Origin: Ignavibacteriota bacterium
GTDB lineage: Bacteria; Bacteroidota; Ignavibacteria; Ignavibacteriales; Melioribacteraceae
Direction: 5' to 3'
Assembly (NCBI GenBank): GCA_002698995.1
Contig: PAAX01000001.1
Coordinates: 1,422 to 65,421 of the forward strand
Length of the DNA stretch: 64,000 nt
Below, piece after piece: positions 1-8,777 of this stretch (its first letter is position 1; every line of letters begins with the position of its first letter). The notes under the pieces are model-generated. The model saw only the letters and a program-made list of their open reading frames with translations, had not been told where the DNA came from and searched no databases. The position numbers and the translations under genes were made by a program.

Positions 1-1
1 T

Positions 2-169
2 ACAATTACTACTTTCAGAGGGAATGTCTCAAAAATAAATAAAAAGCTCAGAGAAGTATTGAATAATGAAATTGTATTTAATGAATACAGAGTCGTTTCA
101 GAGGGTAAAAGAGGGGCTAAATTTTATGGGATAAAAGCAAATCCAACTAAAATCAAGATTATAAAATAA
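2..169 (+). CDS. 3' end of an ORF truncated by the window edge, product unknown
   Basis: Frame 2 is open from the first base to TAA at 167-169 (...FNEYRVVSEGKRGAKFYGIKANPTKIKIIK*). No start is visible and no motif is recognised. Confidence 0.3.
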   Translation, partial: TITTFRGNVSKINKKLREVLNNEIVFNEYRVVSEGKRGAKFYGIKANPTKIKIIK

Positions 170-189
170 ATTGCCGCAACATTGCCAAA
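167..189 (+). promoter_or_regulatory. 23-nt conserved motif TAAATTGCCGCAACATTGCCAAA upstream of hsdR (copy 1 of 2)
   Basis: 21/23 identical to 8700-8722. Both copies begin with the stop codon of the preceding ORF. Both lie exactly 23 nt upstream of a second shared block, TTAATTTT(AC/GT)ATTA (212-225 and 8745-8758). The motif contains the direct half-sites ATTGCC N5 ATTGCC. Confidence 0.35.
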
Positions 190-230
190 TTAATTCTTTA
201 AGAATTATTACTTAATTTTACATTACAATT

Positions 231-2495
231 ATGAAAAATTCATCAGAACAAGATGCACGTATTCGAATTGATGATCAGCTTAAAAAAGCTGGTTGGGATA
301 TAACTAATATTAGAGCGGATGTTCCTCTTAGATTAGATTCACACATTAATGAGCCTACTGTTGAGTATAATGTCAATAGTAAACTTGGTAGAGTAGATTA
401 TGTACTTTATGCTGATAATGGTAGACCATTAGCAGTAATCGAAGCAAAAAGGTCTGCACTTCAACCTTATAGTGCAAAACAGCAAGCATTACCTTATGCT
501 AAAAATATTGGGGCGCCTTTCATATTTTTAACAAATGGTGAGTTGATATATTTTTGGGATTATCAGAATGATGATGCAAGAACTGTTAATTCATTTTATT
601 CCCAGAGAGACCTTCAAAGACTCCTTCATTTGAGGGAAAGTAAATTACCTCTTGCTACTGTTGAGATACCTAATACATATATAAGAAACGGTGAATTAAG
701 AACTGTGCGTGAATACCAGCAAGATGCAATGAAGGCAATGGATCATGCATTTGAATTAGGTAAGAAAAGATTTTTAATAGAACTGCCCACAGGTACAGGG
801 AAAACTGATTTAATTAGTTTGTACCTCAAAAGACTAATAGAAGCTAATAGAGCTGAAAAAATTCTATTTCTTGTGGATAGAGAACAATTAGCAAAGCAAG
901 CATTGGAAGCATTAAATGATATAATGAGTAATCAATATGGAAGCTATTGGTTAAAACCTGGAACTATTAGGGAAGAAAAACAAATAACGGTCTGCTTGCT
1001 GCAAACAATGATATCGAGATATGATGAATTCAGTAGCGGTTATTTTGATGTTGTTATAGCTGATGAATGTCATCGTTCAATTTATGGTTCTTGGCAAACT
1101 GCTTTAACACATTTCGATGCTTTTCATATTGGGCTTACCGCAACTCCCGCAATGTATATTGAGAGAAATACATTTCAATTTTATCACTGTAAGAATGAAT
1201 CACCAGATTTTACTTTGCCTATTAAAACGGCTTTTAAAAAAGAATTTCTAGTTCCATATAAATTTGCTGAAAGAATTACTGTTTTAATGTCCGAAGGTGC
1301 TGATAAAGAAGACGAGCATTATGATCCTGCTCAGTTTGAGAAAAAATGGACAAATGAGAAGTCCAATAGATTAATGATGGAGGAGTTTGACAGATTAGCT
1401 CATGAAAATTACAAAGATTTGGCGTCTGGATTAGATGAAGGCCCTGGTAAAACCATTGTATTTGCAATAACTAAGAATCACGCTGCAAGGTTAGCTCAAT
1501 ATCTTAATGAATTGCACCCTGATACAAAGGGTAAATATGCTGAGGTAATTACCAGTGATATTTCAAATGCGGATGAGTTAATTAGACAATTTAAACGAGA
1601 GTCTTATCCAAAAGTTGCAGTGAGTGTAGGTATGCTGGATACTGGATTTGATTGTCGAGAAGTAATAAATCTTGTAATGTGCAGAAGAGTGCGTTCACCA
1701 ATTCTTTATCAACAGATGAGAGGCAGAGGAACAAGAACTTGTCCGAGGATTGATAAGAAAAAATTCATGATCTATGACTTTTTCGAGAATCATAAATATT
1801 TTAATGATAGTGATACCGATATTTTTTCAGGAGTAGGTGGAGGCTCTTATAAAGTATCCAAACCTCAGAAGCCTAAGACGCCAAGAGAACTCATTGAACT
1901 AGGTCTAGAAGATGAATGGCTTTATAGTGTTAATTATGTTGAAGTTGGTCCACAAGGAGAACGAATAGATAAAAAACAATACATTACTAATTGGGAGAAA
2001 ACAATCAGTGATTCTGAAGATGATCCAATTATTAGCAAAATAAAAATGCAGGCTAAGGCGGATGATTCCGAAAAAGATAAGTATGCTCTCTCTAATAATG
2101 AAGAAAATCTATTAACCTCTAGACTTAATAATCCAGACTATTATTTTAATGAGAACAATTTAAGACAAGCATATCGTGAACCAAGTGGAAATATAATTGA
2201 TTTTATCAAATATGCATTAGGTTTATCGAAACAAAAGTCTAAGAACGAAATTATTACTGAAAATTTTAATGCTTGGTTAGTAACAAAATCATTAACGCCT
2301 GAGCAAGCACAGTATTTAGCAATTTTGAAAAACAGAGGAATAGTAAATGGTAAGGTTGAAATAGATGATCTATTCAAACCTCCACTTTCAATACTAAATG
2401 CTGCTGGATTAGGAATTGAACTATTTGGTGAAGATGGCTTGAAAACGGTAATTAATGATATGAATGCTATTTTATTTAATGTCAACGCAGGATAA
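231..2495 (+). CDS. hsdR: Type I restriction enzyme R subunit (HsdR)
   Basis: N-terminal PD-(D/E)xK core (RVDYVLY...LAVIEAKR). SF2 helicase motif I ELPTGTGKT, motif II IADECHRS and motif VI QQMRGRGTR. C-terminal EcoEI-R-C-like tail. A 3-nt gap separates it from hsdM. Confidence 0.9.
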   Translation: MKNSSEQDARIRIDDQLKKAGWDITNIRADVPLRLDSHINEPTVEYNVNSKLGRVDYVLYADNGRPLAVIEAKRSALQPYSAKQQALPYAKNIGAPFIFLTNGELIYFWDYQNDDARTVNSFYSQRDLQRLLHLRESKLPLATVEIPNTYIRNGELRTVREYQQDAMKAMDHAFELGKKRFLIELPTGTGKTDLISLYLKRLIEANRAEKILFLVDREQLAKQALEALNDIMSNQYGSYWLKPGTIREEKQITVCLLQTMISRYDEFSSGYFDVVIADECHRSIYGSWQTALTHFDAFHIGLTATPAMYIERNTFQFYHCKNESPDFTLPIKTAFKKEFLVPYKFAERITVLMSEGADKEDEHYDPAQFEKKWTNEKSNRLMMEEFDRLAHENYKDLASGLDEGPGKTIVFAITKNHAARLAQYLNELHPDTKGKYAEVITSDISNADELIRQFKRESYPKVAVSVGMLDTGFDCREVINLVMCRRVRSPILYQQMRGRGTRTCPRIDKKKFMIYDFFENHKYFNDSDTDIFSGVGGGSYKVSKPQKPKTPRELIELGLEDEWLYSVNYVEVGPQGERIDKKQYITNWEKTISDSEDDPIISKIKMQAKADDSEKDKYALSNNEENLLTSRLNNPDYYFNENNLRQAYREPSGNIIDFIKYALGLSKQKSKNEIITENFNAWLVTKSLTPEQAQYLAILKNRGIVNGKVEIDDLFKPPLSILNAAGLGIELFGEDGLKTVINDMNAILFNVNAG

Positions 2496-2498
2496 TCA

Positions 2499-4238
2499 AT
2501 GAACCAAGATTTAAGAAGAAAATTAGACAGAATTACAAATATTCTATTTGCAGGTGGAGTAAATAATCCCATCACATATATTGAACAAATATCATATTTC
2601 ATTTACCTTAAACTTTTAGATGAGAGAGAAAATGAAATAGCCTTGAAGGGAAGGTTAGGTGGCAAAAATATTACTTCACTTTACCCTGGACAAGCTGAAA
2701 AATATAAATGGTCTAGTTGGAGACATTTTTCTGGTGAAAAGCTATTAAAAGTTGTTCGTGATGATGTCTTTCCATACATGGCAAATGTAAATAGTGATAA
2801 TACTCATATAGCAATTTACTTTAGAGATGCTGTACTTCAAGTTCATGATCCTAATATTCTTAAGCAAGTAATTGATGAAATAGATACAATTAATTTTTCT
2901 AGACTTGGCTCGGATGTTAAGGGAGATATTTATGAATATATGTTGACTTATCTTAATACAATGGAAGGTTCATTGTTGGGGCAATTCAGAACACCAAGAC
3001 AGATAAGAAAAATGATGGTTGAAATGGTTGATCCAGATATTGGTGATACAATTTATGATCCAGCTTGTGGAACTGGTGGGTTTCTTATAGATGCCTTGGA
3101 ACATATTATGGCAAAGTATTCAGAATCAAAAGAAGAAGTTCCAATTTATGGTGAAGAATGGTTAATAAACAAATACCTCGATAGATTATCAGATGATGAG
3201 CAGCTTCAATTTGAGGATGAGGAGTTTTCTTTTGACAATAATCTGAAGTTAAGAACAAAGTTATTAAATGAATTAAAAGAAGAGAACAAAAACCTACAAA
3301 CTTACCTAAAAGGAAATGGCGATCTTATCCCAAATTGGGAAATTCTTGAGCAATCGATTTATGGAGTTGATGTAAGCAGACAAATAATGAGAATTGCTAC
3401 GATGAATATGGTTCTTCATGGAATAATGAAAGCAAATATTAAGAGAGGTAATACACTAAGTGAAATGGGGGGTTTGACTGATGATGATCTCTATAGAAAA
3501 TACAAAGTGATATTATCTAATCCTCCTTTTGCTGGAGTATTACCAAAAGAATCTATAAGAGAAAACTTACCTACCAATACAAAAAAGAGTGAATTGTTAT
3601 TCCTTGCTGTAATGATGGATCAATTAGCTGAAGGCGGGACTTGTGCGGTTATTGTTCCCGAGGGTCTATTATTTGGTTCTACAAATGCTCATTTGGAGCT
3701 TAGAAAGAAACTTGTTGAACAGTTTAATCTTTTGGCTGTAGTTAGCTTGCCTGCAGGTGTTTTTAAGCCTTACGCAGGTGTTAAGACTTCAATTCTGGTA
3801 TTTAAAAGACCTTACAAAGATTCTTTATTTTCCGATAAGGTAGCTACAGAAAAAGTCTGGTTTTATGAGATTAAAAATGATGGATATGATCCCGATAAAA
3901 TAACTGGTGGAGGAAGACCAGAGACAGCGGAAGCAAACGATATACCTAGATTTATGAGAGAGTGGAAAAATTTCAAGAATAGTAATTTCAAAGAATTTCC
4001 TGGAATTGAGGGGGAAACAAGACTACCACATAATTCTAGGGAACCAAAATGTTGGTGGACTAATATTGGTGAAATATTAGATAAAAATTATAATATATCC
4101 GCCTCAAATTATAAGCCATCTATTGAAACATTAAATAGTGAAATTGAACCATCAGAAATAATCAACAACATACTTATTATTGAAAAAAATATTGTTAACA
4201 AATTAGAATCTTTAAGTAACAATTTGCGAAATGACTAA
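2499..4238 (+). CDS. hsdM: Type I R-M N6-adenine DNA methyltransferase subunit (HsdM)
   Basis: Motif I DPACGTGGF and motif IV LSNPPFAG. The N-terminal region is HsdM_N-like. Overlaps hsdS by 8 nt. Confidence 0.9.
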   Translation: MNQDLRRKLDRITNILFAGGVNNPITYIEQISYFIYLKLLDERENEIALKGRLGGKNITSLYPGQAEKYKWSSWRHFSGEKLLKVVRDDVFPYMANVNSDNTHIAIYFRDAVLQVHDPNILKQVIDEIDTINFSRLGSDVKGDIYEYMLTYLNTMEGSLLGQFRTPRQIRKMMVEMVDPDIGDTIYDPACGTGGFLIDALEHIMAKYSESKEEVPIYGEEWLINKYLDRLSDDEQLQFEDEEFSFDNNLKLRTKLLNELKEENKNLQTYLKGNGDLIPNWEILEQSIYGVDVSRQIMRIATMNMVLHGIMKANIKRGNTLSEMGGLTDDDLYRKYKVILSNPPFAGVLPKESIRENLPTNTKKSELLFLAVMMDQLAEGGTCAVIVPEGLLFGSTNAHLELRKKLVEQFNLLAVVSLPAGVFKPYAGVKTSILVFKRPYKDSLFSDKVATEKVWFYEIKNDGYDPDKITGGGRPETAEANDIPRFMREWKNFKNSNFKEFPGIEGETRLPHNSREPKCWWTNIGEILDKNYNISASNYKPSIETLNSEIEPSEIINNILIIEKNIVNKLESLSNNLRND

Positions 4239-5328
4239 AGTTAATATTAAATTTGAACTTGCTATAAGTGATGAGACCGGTGGAAATAAGAAGGTCAAAA
4301 AAAATGAATACTTAGTTGACGGAAGATATCCAATTATTGATCAAGGGAAAGAAATTATATCTGGTTATACAAATGATGAAAACAATCTTTTCAAATTTAA
4401 TCAACCCTTAATTTTGTTTGGAGATCATACACGAATATTCAAATACATTGATTTTCCTTTTTGTCTTGGAGCTGATGGTGTAAAAGTATTACTTCCACAT
4501 AAAAGTTTTGATGCAAAGTATTTGTATTATTTTTTTAATACTCTCAACATTGATAGCAAAGGTTATAGTCGACATTTTAAGTTCATAAAGAAATTTGAAA
4601 TACCCTTAATTGCCAAATCAGAACAAAAAAGAATAGTTGAAATATTAGATCAAGCTGATGAAATAAGACAATTACGTAAACAAGCTGATGATAAATCAAA
4701 TGAAATAATCTCTTCACTTTTTTATAAAATGTTTGGTGATTTAGAAAAAGATACACTACTGCATGAAGTAATGGAACTTAAATATGGGAAGGGATTACCT
4801 AAATCAAAAAGAAGAAAGGGCAATATTCCTGTTTATGGTTCAAATGGAGTTGTGGACTACCATGATAAACATTTTATGAAAAACGATACAATAATTGTAG
4901 GAAGAAAAGGCAGTGCAGGGGAAGTTCAACTTGTCCGAGGAGCAAGTTGGCCTATTGATACAACATTTTATACTGAAATAATAAAAAATGATGTAGAATT
5001 AGAATATTTATTCTTCGCATTGAAGCAACTTGATTTGAGAAAGTTTGCAATTATTACAGGGGTTCCTGGAATAAATAGGGACACTATACTTAATCAAAAA
5101 ATTGCTATACCTGATCCAAAGTTACAAAGTAGATTTAGTCGGATTTATAATCAAATATCAGATTTAAATGAAAAACAACAATGCTCAAGTAACAGCATTG
5201 ATTCTCTTTATACTAATCTTTTATCTAAAGCTTTTGATGGTAGTCTTACAGAAAGATGGCGTGAAGGTAGAATGAAAGAATTGTTACAAGAGATGGAAGA
5301 GCAAAAGAAATATTTAGGAATTAATTAA
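4231..5328 (+). CDS. hsdS: Type I R-M specificity subunit (HsdS)
   Basis: Two target-recognition halves are separated by the conserved helical spacer EQKRIVEILDQADEIRQLRKQADDKSNEI. A second spacer lies at the C-terminus (LQSRFSRIYNQISDL...LLSKAF). Position follows hsdM. Confidence 0.85.
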   Translation: MTKVNIKFELAISDETGGNKKVKKNEYLVDGRYPIIDQGKEIISGYTNDENNLFKFNQPLILFGDHTRIFKYIDFPFCLGADGVKVLLPHKSFDAKYLYYFFNTLNIDSKGYSRHFKFIKKFEIPLIAKSEQKRIVEILDQADEIRQLRKQADDKSNEIISSLFYKMFGDLEKDTLLHEVMELKYGKGLPKSKRRKGNIPVYGSNGVVDYHDKHFMKNDTIIVGRKGSAGEVQLVRGASWPIDTTFYTEIIKNDVELEYLFFALKQLDLRKFAIITGVPGINRDTILNQKIAIPDPKLQSRFSRIYNQISDLNEKQQCSSNSIDSLYTNLLSKAFDGSLTERWREGRMKELLQEMEEQKKYLGIN

Positions 5329-5338
5329 GGCAATCAAA

Positions 5339-7777
5339 ATGAAATTGCATGAAGCAATTCAGCAAGTACTTTTAGAAGAAAATAGAGAGCTAAACTCTTC
5401 TCAAATTGCTCACAAAGTTAATCAGAAGAAACTCTATACAAGAGGTGATGGCCAACCTGTTCCTTCAAGTCAGATAAGTGCTAGAGTGCGGAAATATCCC
5501 GCACTATTTAATTATAATGGTTCTATTATTGGATTAAAACAATGGCTCGTCAAAAAAGAACATAGTGTAAATAAAATGAAATTGCATGAAGCTATTCAAC
5601 ATATATTATTAGACAAAAATAGAGAATTAAGTGCATTCCAAATTTCTAAGATAGTTAATGAAAAAGGACTTTATCAGAGAAAGGATGGGCAACAAGTTCC
5701 ATCAAAACAGGTTCTTGCAAGAGTAAGGAATTATCCACTTTTATTTTATAGCGATAATAATAGGATCGGTCTTAATGCATGGAGATTAAAATTTGCTAAC
5801 AAAGAAAGTTTACTATATAAAGAAATACTTTATATACTAGAACAAAATAGTGAAGCAATGGATCCAAAAGTCATTGCGGATACAATAGTTAAGAGAGAAA
5901 TATATTTTAAGGATGACAAAACCAGAGTAAATGCTGAAGATGTATTATTTGAAATAAGGAAAAATGAAAATACATTTCAAATTATTAACGGCTTGGTTCA
6001 ACTTTCAAACTGGGACTTTGATGAGGATTATATCAAGGAGGCGGTTTATGATATTATGGTTAAAGAGGAAATAAGTACTAAGGATGAATTAGATTTTAGT
6101 AATTCACTGAAGAACTTTAGAGTCGGCAACTTCAAACCATATAATCATTCTCAATCATTAAAATTAAAGCCAATAACTTTGCTCTTTGGACCTAATAGTT
6201 CTGGGAAATCAAGTTTAATACATTCTATTTTATATTTACAAAATGCATTTGATCAAAAAGATTTAGATCCTCATTATATGAAAATTAGCGGTGACTCAGT
6301 TGATTTGGGCGGTTTTAGGCAACTTATACACAGGAATGATATACAAAGACGATTAGAATATGAAATTGAAATTGACAAATCTCAGCTTAACACAGAATTG
6401 CAAAAAACTTTAATGGAAATTAATTCAATTAAGCTAAAGATTGAAATAGGCCAACCACTTAAAGAAAAATTCAAAAGACAAATTATCAAAGCTCATGAAG
6501 ATGGACAATTCTTTTATGAAAACTCACCAACAGGGGAATTTGAATCTGTTGGTAAACCTCGAGTTCAAAAGTATGATATAGTGCTCGATGAAGAAACAAT
6601 GTTAAGCTTTGGTTATAGAGGAAATGATTTGTTTAAAATTGATCAATTCAATTATTCTAATAAAATAATATCGAAAATTATTCAAGCAATAATTTTAAGC
6701 AATACTACGACTAGTGAAATAGATGATGATGATTATAATAAAGTGCAGGATTCTATAGATAATATATTGAGCGAGTTTTACGTTTTAACGACTGATATAA
6801 TACCCAGCAGAATTAGAACTATCTCTAAAACGACAATGGATAAGATCATTGCCATTAATAAAGAAAATAGAGAATTGGAATTTGCAAATACTATTAGAAT
6901 GTTTTTACCAGTGGCTTTAAATGAAATTTTAGAGGGTCTTTATGATGTTGCGAAATTGTCTTTATCCACTTTGGTTTATCTAGGACCTATTCGATCTTAT
7001 CCACCTCGTCATCTATCATTTGAAGCAATTAATAATTCTAATTACCAATCTGGTGGTGCTCTTGCTTGGGATAAATTAAGAGACAATGAAGAAGTCAGAA
7101 AAAAGATTAATGCTTGGTTAAGAAATACTGGCAAATTAAAATCAAGGTACCAAATTGAAGTAAGAAAATATGTTGATCCAAAAAGCAATGAGTTTAATTC
7201 TGTTTTAGAAGATATAGAATCAGAACAGAATTTTGAATTAGAAAAATTAGGAAATTGGAATGGTCTTCCAATTGACAAGATTATAGATAGTATGAAGAGT
7301 GACGCAGTTGAGGGAATTAAGGAACTTGTACTTGTAGATTCTGATGGAACCGTAGTAAGTCATAGAGATGTTGGCTTTGGAATAAGTCAGGTCATTCCAG
7401 TTCTAGTATACACTTTAGCCAATAAAAATAAAATAGTTATGATAGAACAACCGGAAATTCACTTGCATCCAGCGCTTCAGGCAGAGCTTGGTGATGTAAT
7501 GATTGAAAGTGCTTTAGGAGAAAACAAAAATACACTTATTCTTGAAAATCATAGTGAGCACATGATTCTACGAATACTAAGGAGAATTAGGGAAACATCA
7601 AGCGGAGAACTACCAGAGGGTAAAATTCCAATTAAACCAGAAGACGTATCAGTTATCTACATTCAAAACACTAGGGAAGGTGCAGTATTAAACAATATAC
7701 CTATTACTGAAGACGGTGATTTTTCGAAGCGATGGCCAGATGGGTTTTTCCCCGAAAGAGCAGAGGAACTAAACTAA
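5339..7777 (+). CDS. ABC-type (AAA_15/AAA_21-like) ATPase with three N-terminal HARE-HTH-like winged-helix modules and a DUF3696-like C-terminus
   Basis: wHTH modules span aa 1-69, 80-148 and ~156-225, each ending GL..W or QLSNW. Walker A LLFGPNSSGKSS. Walker B/D-loop IVMIEQPEIHLHPALQ. C-terminal HSEHMILRILRRIRE...WPDGFFPE. It starts 10 nt after the hsdS stop. Confidence 0.8.
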   Translation: MKLHEAIQQVLLEENRELNSSQIAHKVNQKKLYTRGDGQPVPSSQISARVRKYPALFNYNGSIIGLKQWLVKKEHSVNKMKLHEAIQHILLDKNRELSAFQISKIVNEKGLYQRKDGQQVPSKQVLARVRNYPLLFYSDNNRIGLNAWRLKFANKESLLYKEILYILEQNSEAMDPKVIADTIVKREIYFKDDKTRVNAEDVLFEIRKNENTFQIINGLVQLSNWDFDEDYIKEAVYDIMVKEEISTKDELDFSNSLKNFRVGNFKPYNHSQSLKLKPITLLFGPNSSGKSSLIHSILYLQNAFDQKDLDPHYMKISGDSVDLGGFRQLIHRNDIQRRLEYEIEIDKSQLNTELQKTLMEINSIKLKIEIGQPLKEKFKRQIIKAHEDGQFFYENSPTGEFESVGKPRVQKYDIVLDEETMLSFGYRGNDLFKIDQFNYSNKIISKIIQAIILSNTTTSEIDDDDYNKVQDSIDNILSEFYVLTTDIIPSRIRTISKTTMDKIIAINKENRELEFANTIRMFLPVALNEILEGLYDVAKLSLSTLVYLGPIRSYPPRHLSFEAINNSNYQSGGALAWDKLRDNEEVRKKINAWLRNTGKLKSRYQIEVRKYVDPKSNEFNSVLEDIESEQNFELEKLGNWNGLPIDKIIDSMKSDAVEGIKELVLVDSDGTVVSHRDVGFGISQVIPVLVYTLANKNKIVMIEQPEIHLHPALQAELGDVMIESALGENKNTLILENHSEHMILRILRRIRETSSGELPEGKIPIKPEDVSVIYIQNTREGAVLNNIPITEDGDFSKRWPDGFFPERAEELN

Positions 7778-7778
7778 A

Positions 7779-8702
7779 ATGATAAAAGAATATGCTCTTG
7801 ATCCGCAAGTAATGGCTAGTTGGGATAACTTTAGATTCTTTAGTTCGCAATTTGGCTGTCAATACGGACGGATGATATCAAAATTTCCGAGTGGATGGAA
7901 AAGAATAGTATTTGAATTATGTCAAAATAATCATGGTATAAGTGAAATTCAGTTAAAGAAAATTGAAGTAAATCTTTATCAACGAGAATTTGACCGTAAA
8001 TTTGTAAAAAATTCTAGGGATTATGTTAATAGTTTAGGATGGATTGAGAATGCATTACGTTCTAACCAGAATAAACCTTTTCATGCAATTATAAGCTCTG
8101 AAGTGAGAGAGAGTGTACAATTGGTAGACGATATAGACGATTCTAATGAAAAATGGAAAGTGGATATAGGTTTACCCGTACCAAGAACTGCTAATCATTT
8201 TGTAAAAGTTTTCACCCCATTTTTTCTCTTAGCAAATGATATAATTTTTGTTGAACCACATTTTGATCCACATACATCTAAATGGTATCGAGCTTTTCGA
8301 ATCTACTTCAGGAAGTTATTTGAAAATGGAAAACGATATCGAAAAATAGAATTACACACTTCGGCTAAAATGACTCCAAAAATATTTGCTGATGAATTTA
8401 TTATCAAGTTTGAGCAGTTTTTCACCGAAAATTACGGAATTCATGTTTATTTATGGGAACGAATCGATAATAACGAAAATTTTCATCCTCGATATTTGCT
8501 GACAGAAGTTGGAGGTCTGAGAATTGATTATGGTTTTGATGACATAAGTGAAGATGAAACTACTGATATTTCTTTACTGAGTGATATAGTCTATGAAAAA
8601 AGAAAAAGTAACATTGAAGAATCCTCTACTGTATTTAATTTAGTTGCAAAGATTCTGTTTTCGAAAAAAAATACTAGGTTGACATACTCTATACTTCAGT
8701 AA
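7779..8702 (+). CDS. Hypothetical protein, translationally coupled partner of the ABC ATPase
   Basis: The ATG lies 1 nt after the ATPase TAA stop (7775-7777). The ORF is 307 aa with no motif I can assign. Coding potential is judged from length, coupling and composition. Confidence 0.75.
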   Translation: MIKEYALDPQVMASWDNFRFFSSQFGCQYGRMISKFPSGWKRIVFELCQNNHGISEIQLKKIEVNLYQREFDRKFVKNSRDYVNSLGWIENALRSNQNKPFHAIISSEVRESVQLVDDIDDSNEKWKVDIGLPVPRTANHFVKVFTPFFLLANDIIFVEPHFDPHTSKWYRAFRIYFRKLFENGKRYRKIELHTSAKMTPKIFADEFIIKFEQFFTENYGIHVYLWERIDNNENFHPRYLLTEVGGLRIDYGFDDISEDETTDISLLSDIVYEKRKSNIEESSTVFNLVAKILFSKKNTRLTYSILQ

Positions 8703-8722
8703 ATTGCCACAACATTGCTAAA
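8700..8722 (+). promoter_or_regulatory. 23-nt conserved motif TAAATTGCCACAACATTGCTAAA (copy 2 of 2)
   Basis: See 167-189. It sits in the 75-nt gap upstream of the HARE-HTH/GIY-YIG-like gene. Confidence 0.35.
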
Positions 8723-8777
8723 ACTTTATATCCTCTATTTGTATTTAATTTTGTATTAGAAATTAAAAAGAGGATAT

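Noticed and set aside
4231-5328. Phase-variable or shufflon-type hsdS
   Set aside because: There is only one hsdS copy. I saw no inverted hsdS fragments, no adjacent recombinase and no homopolymer or short tandem tract in the gene.
7779-8702. Assigning the 307-aa partner to TOPRIM (AriB/DUF4435-like), HNH, RloB, PLD or HEPN families
   Set aside because: I could not find the defining motifs: an N-terminal VEGxxD/E...DxD, HNH, HxK or Rx4-6H in a convincing context. The acidic run LVDDIDDSNE and FHPRYLLTE are suggestive at best, so the product is left unknown.
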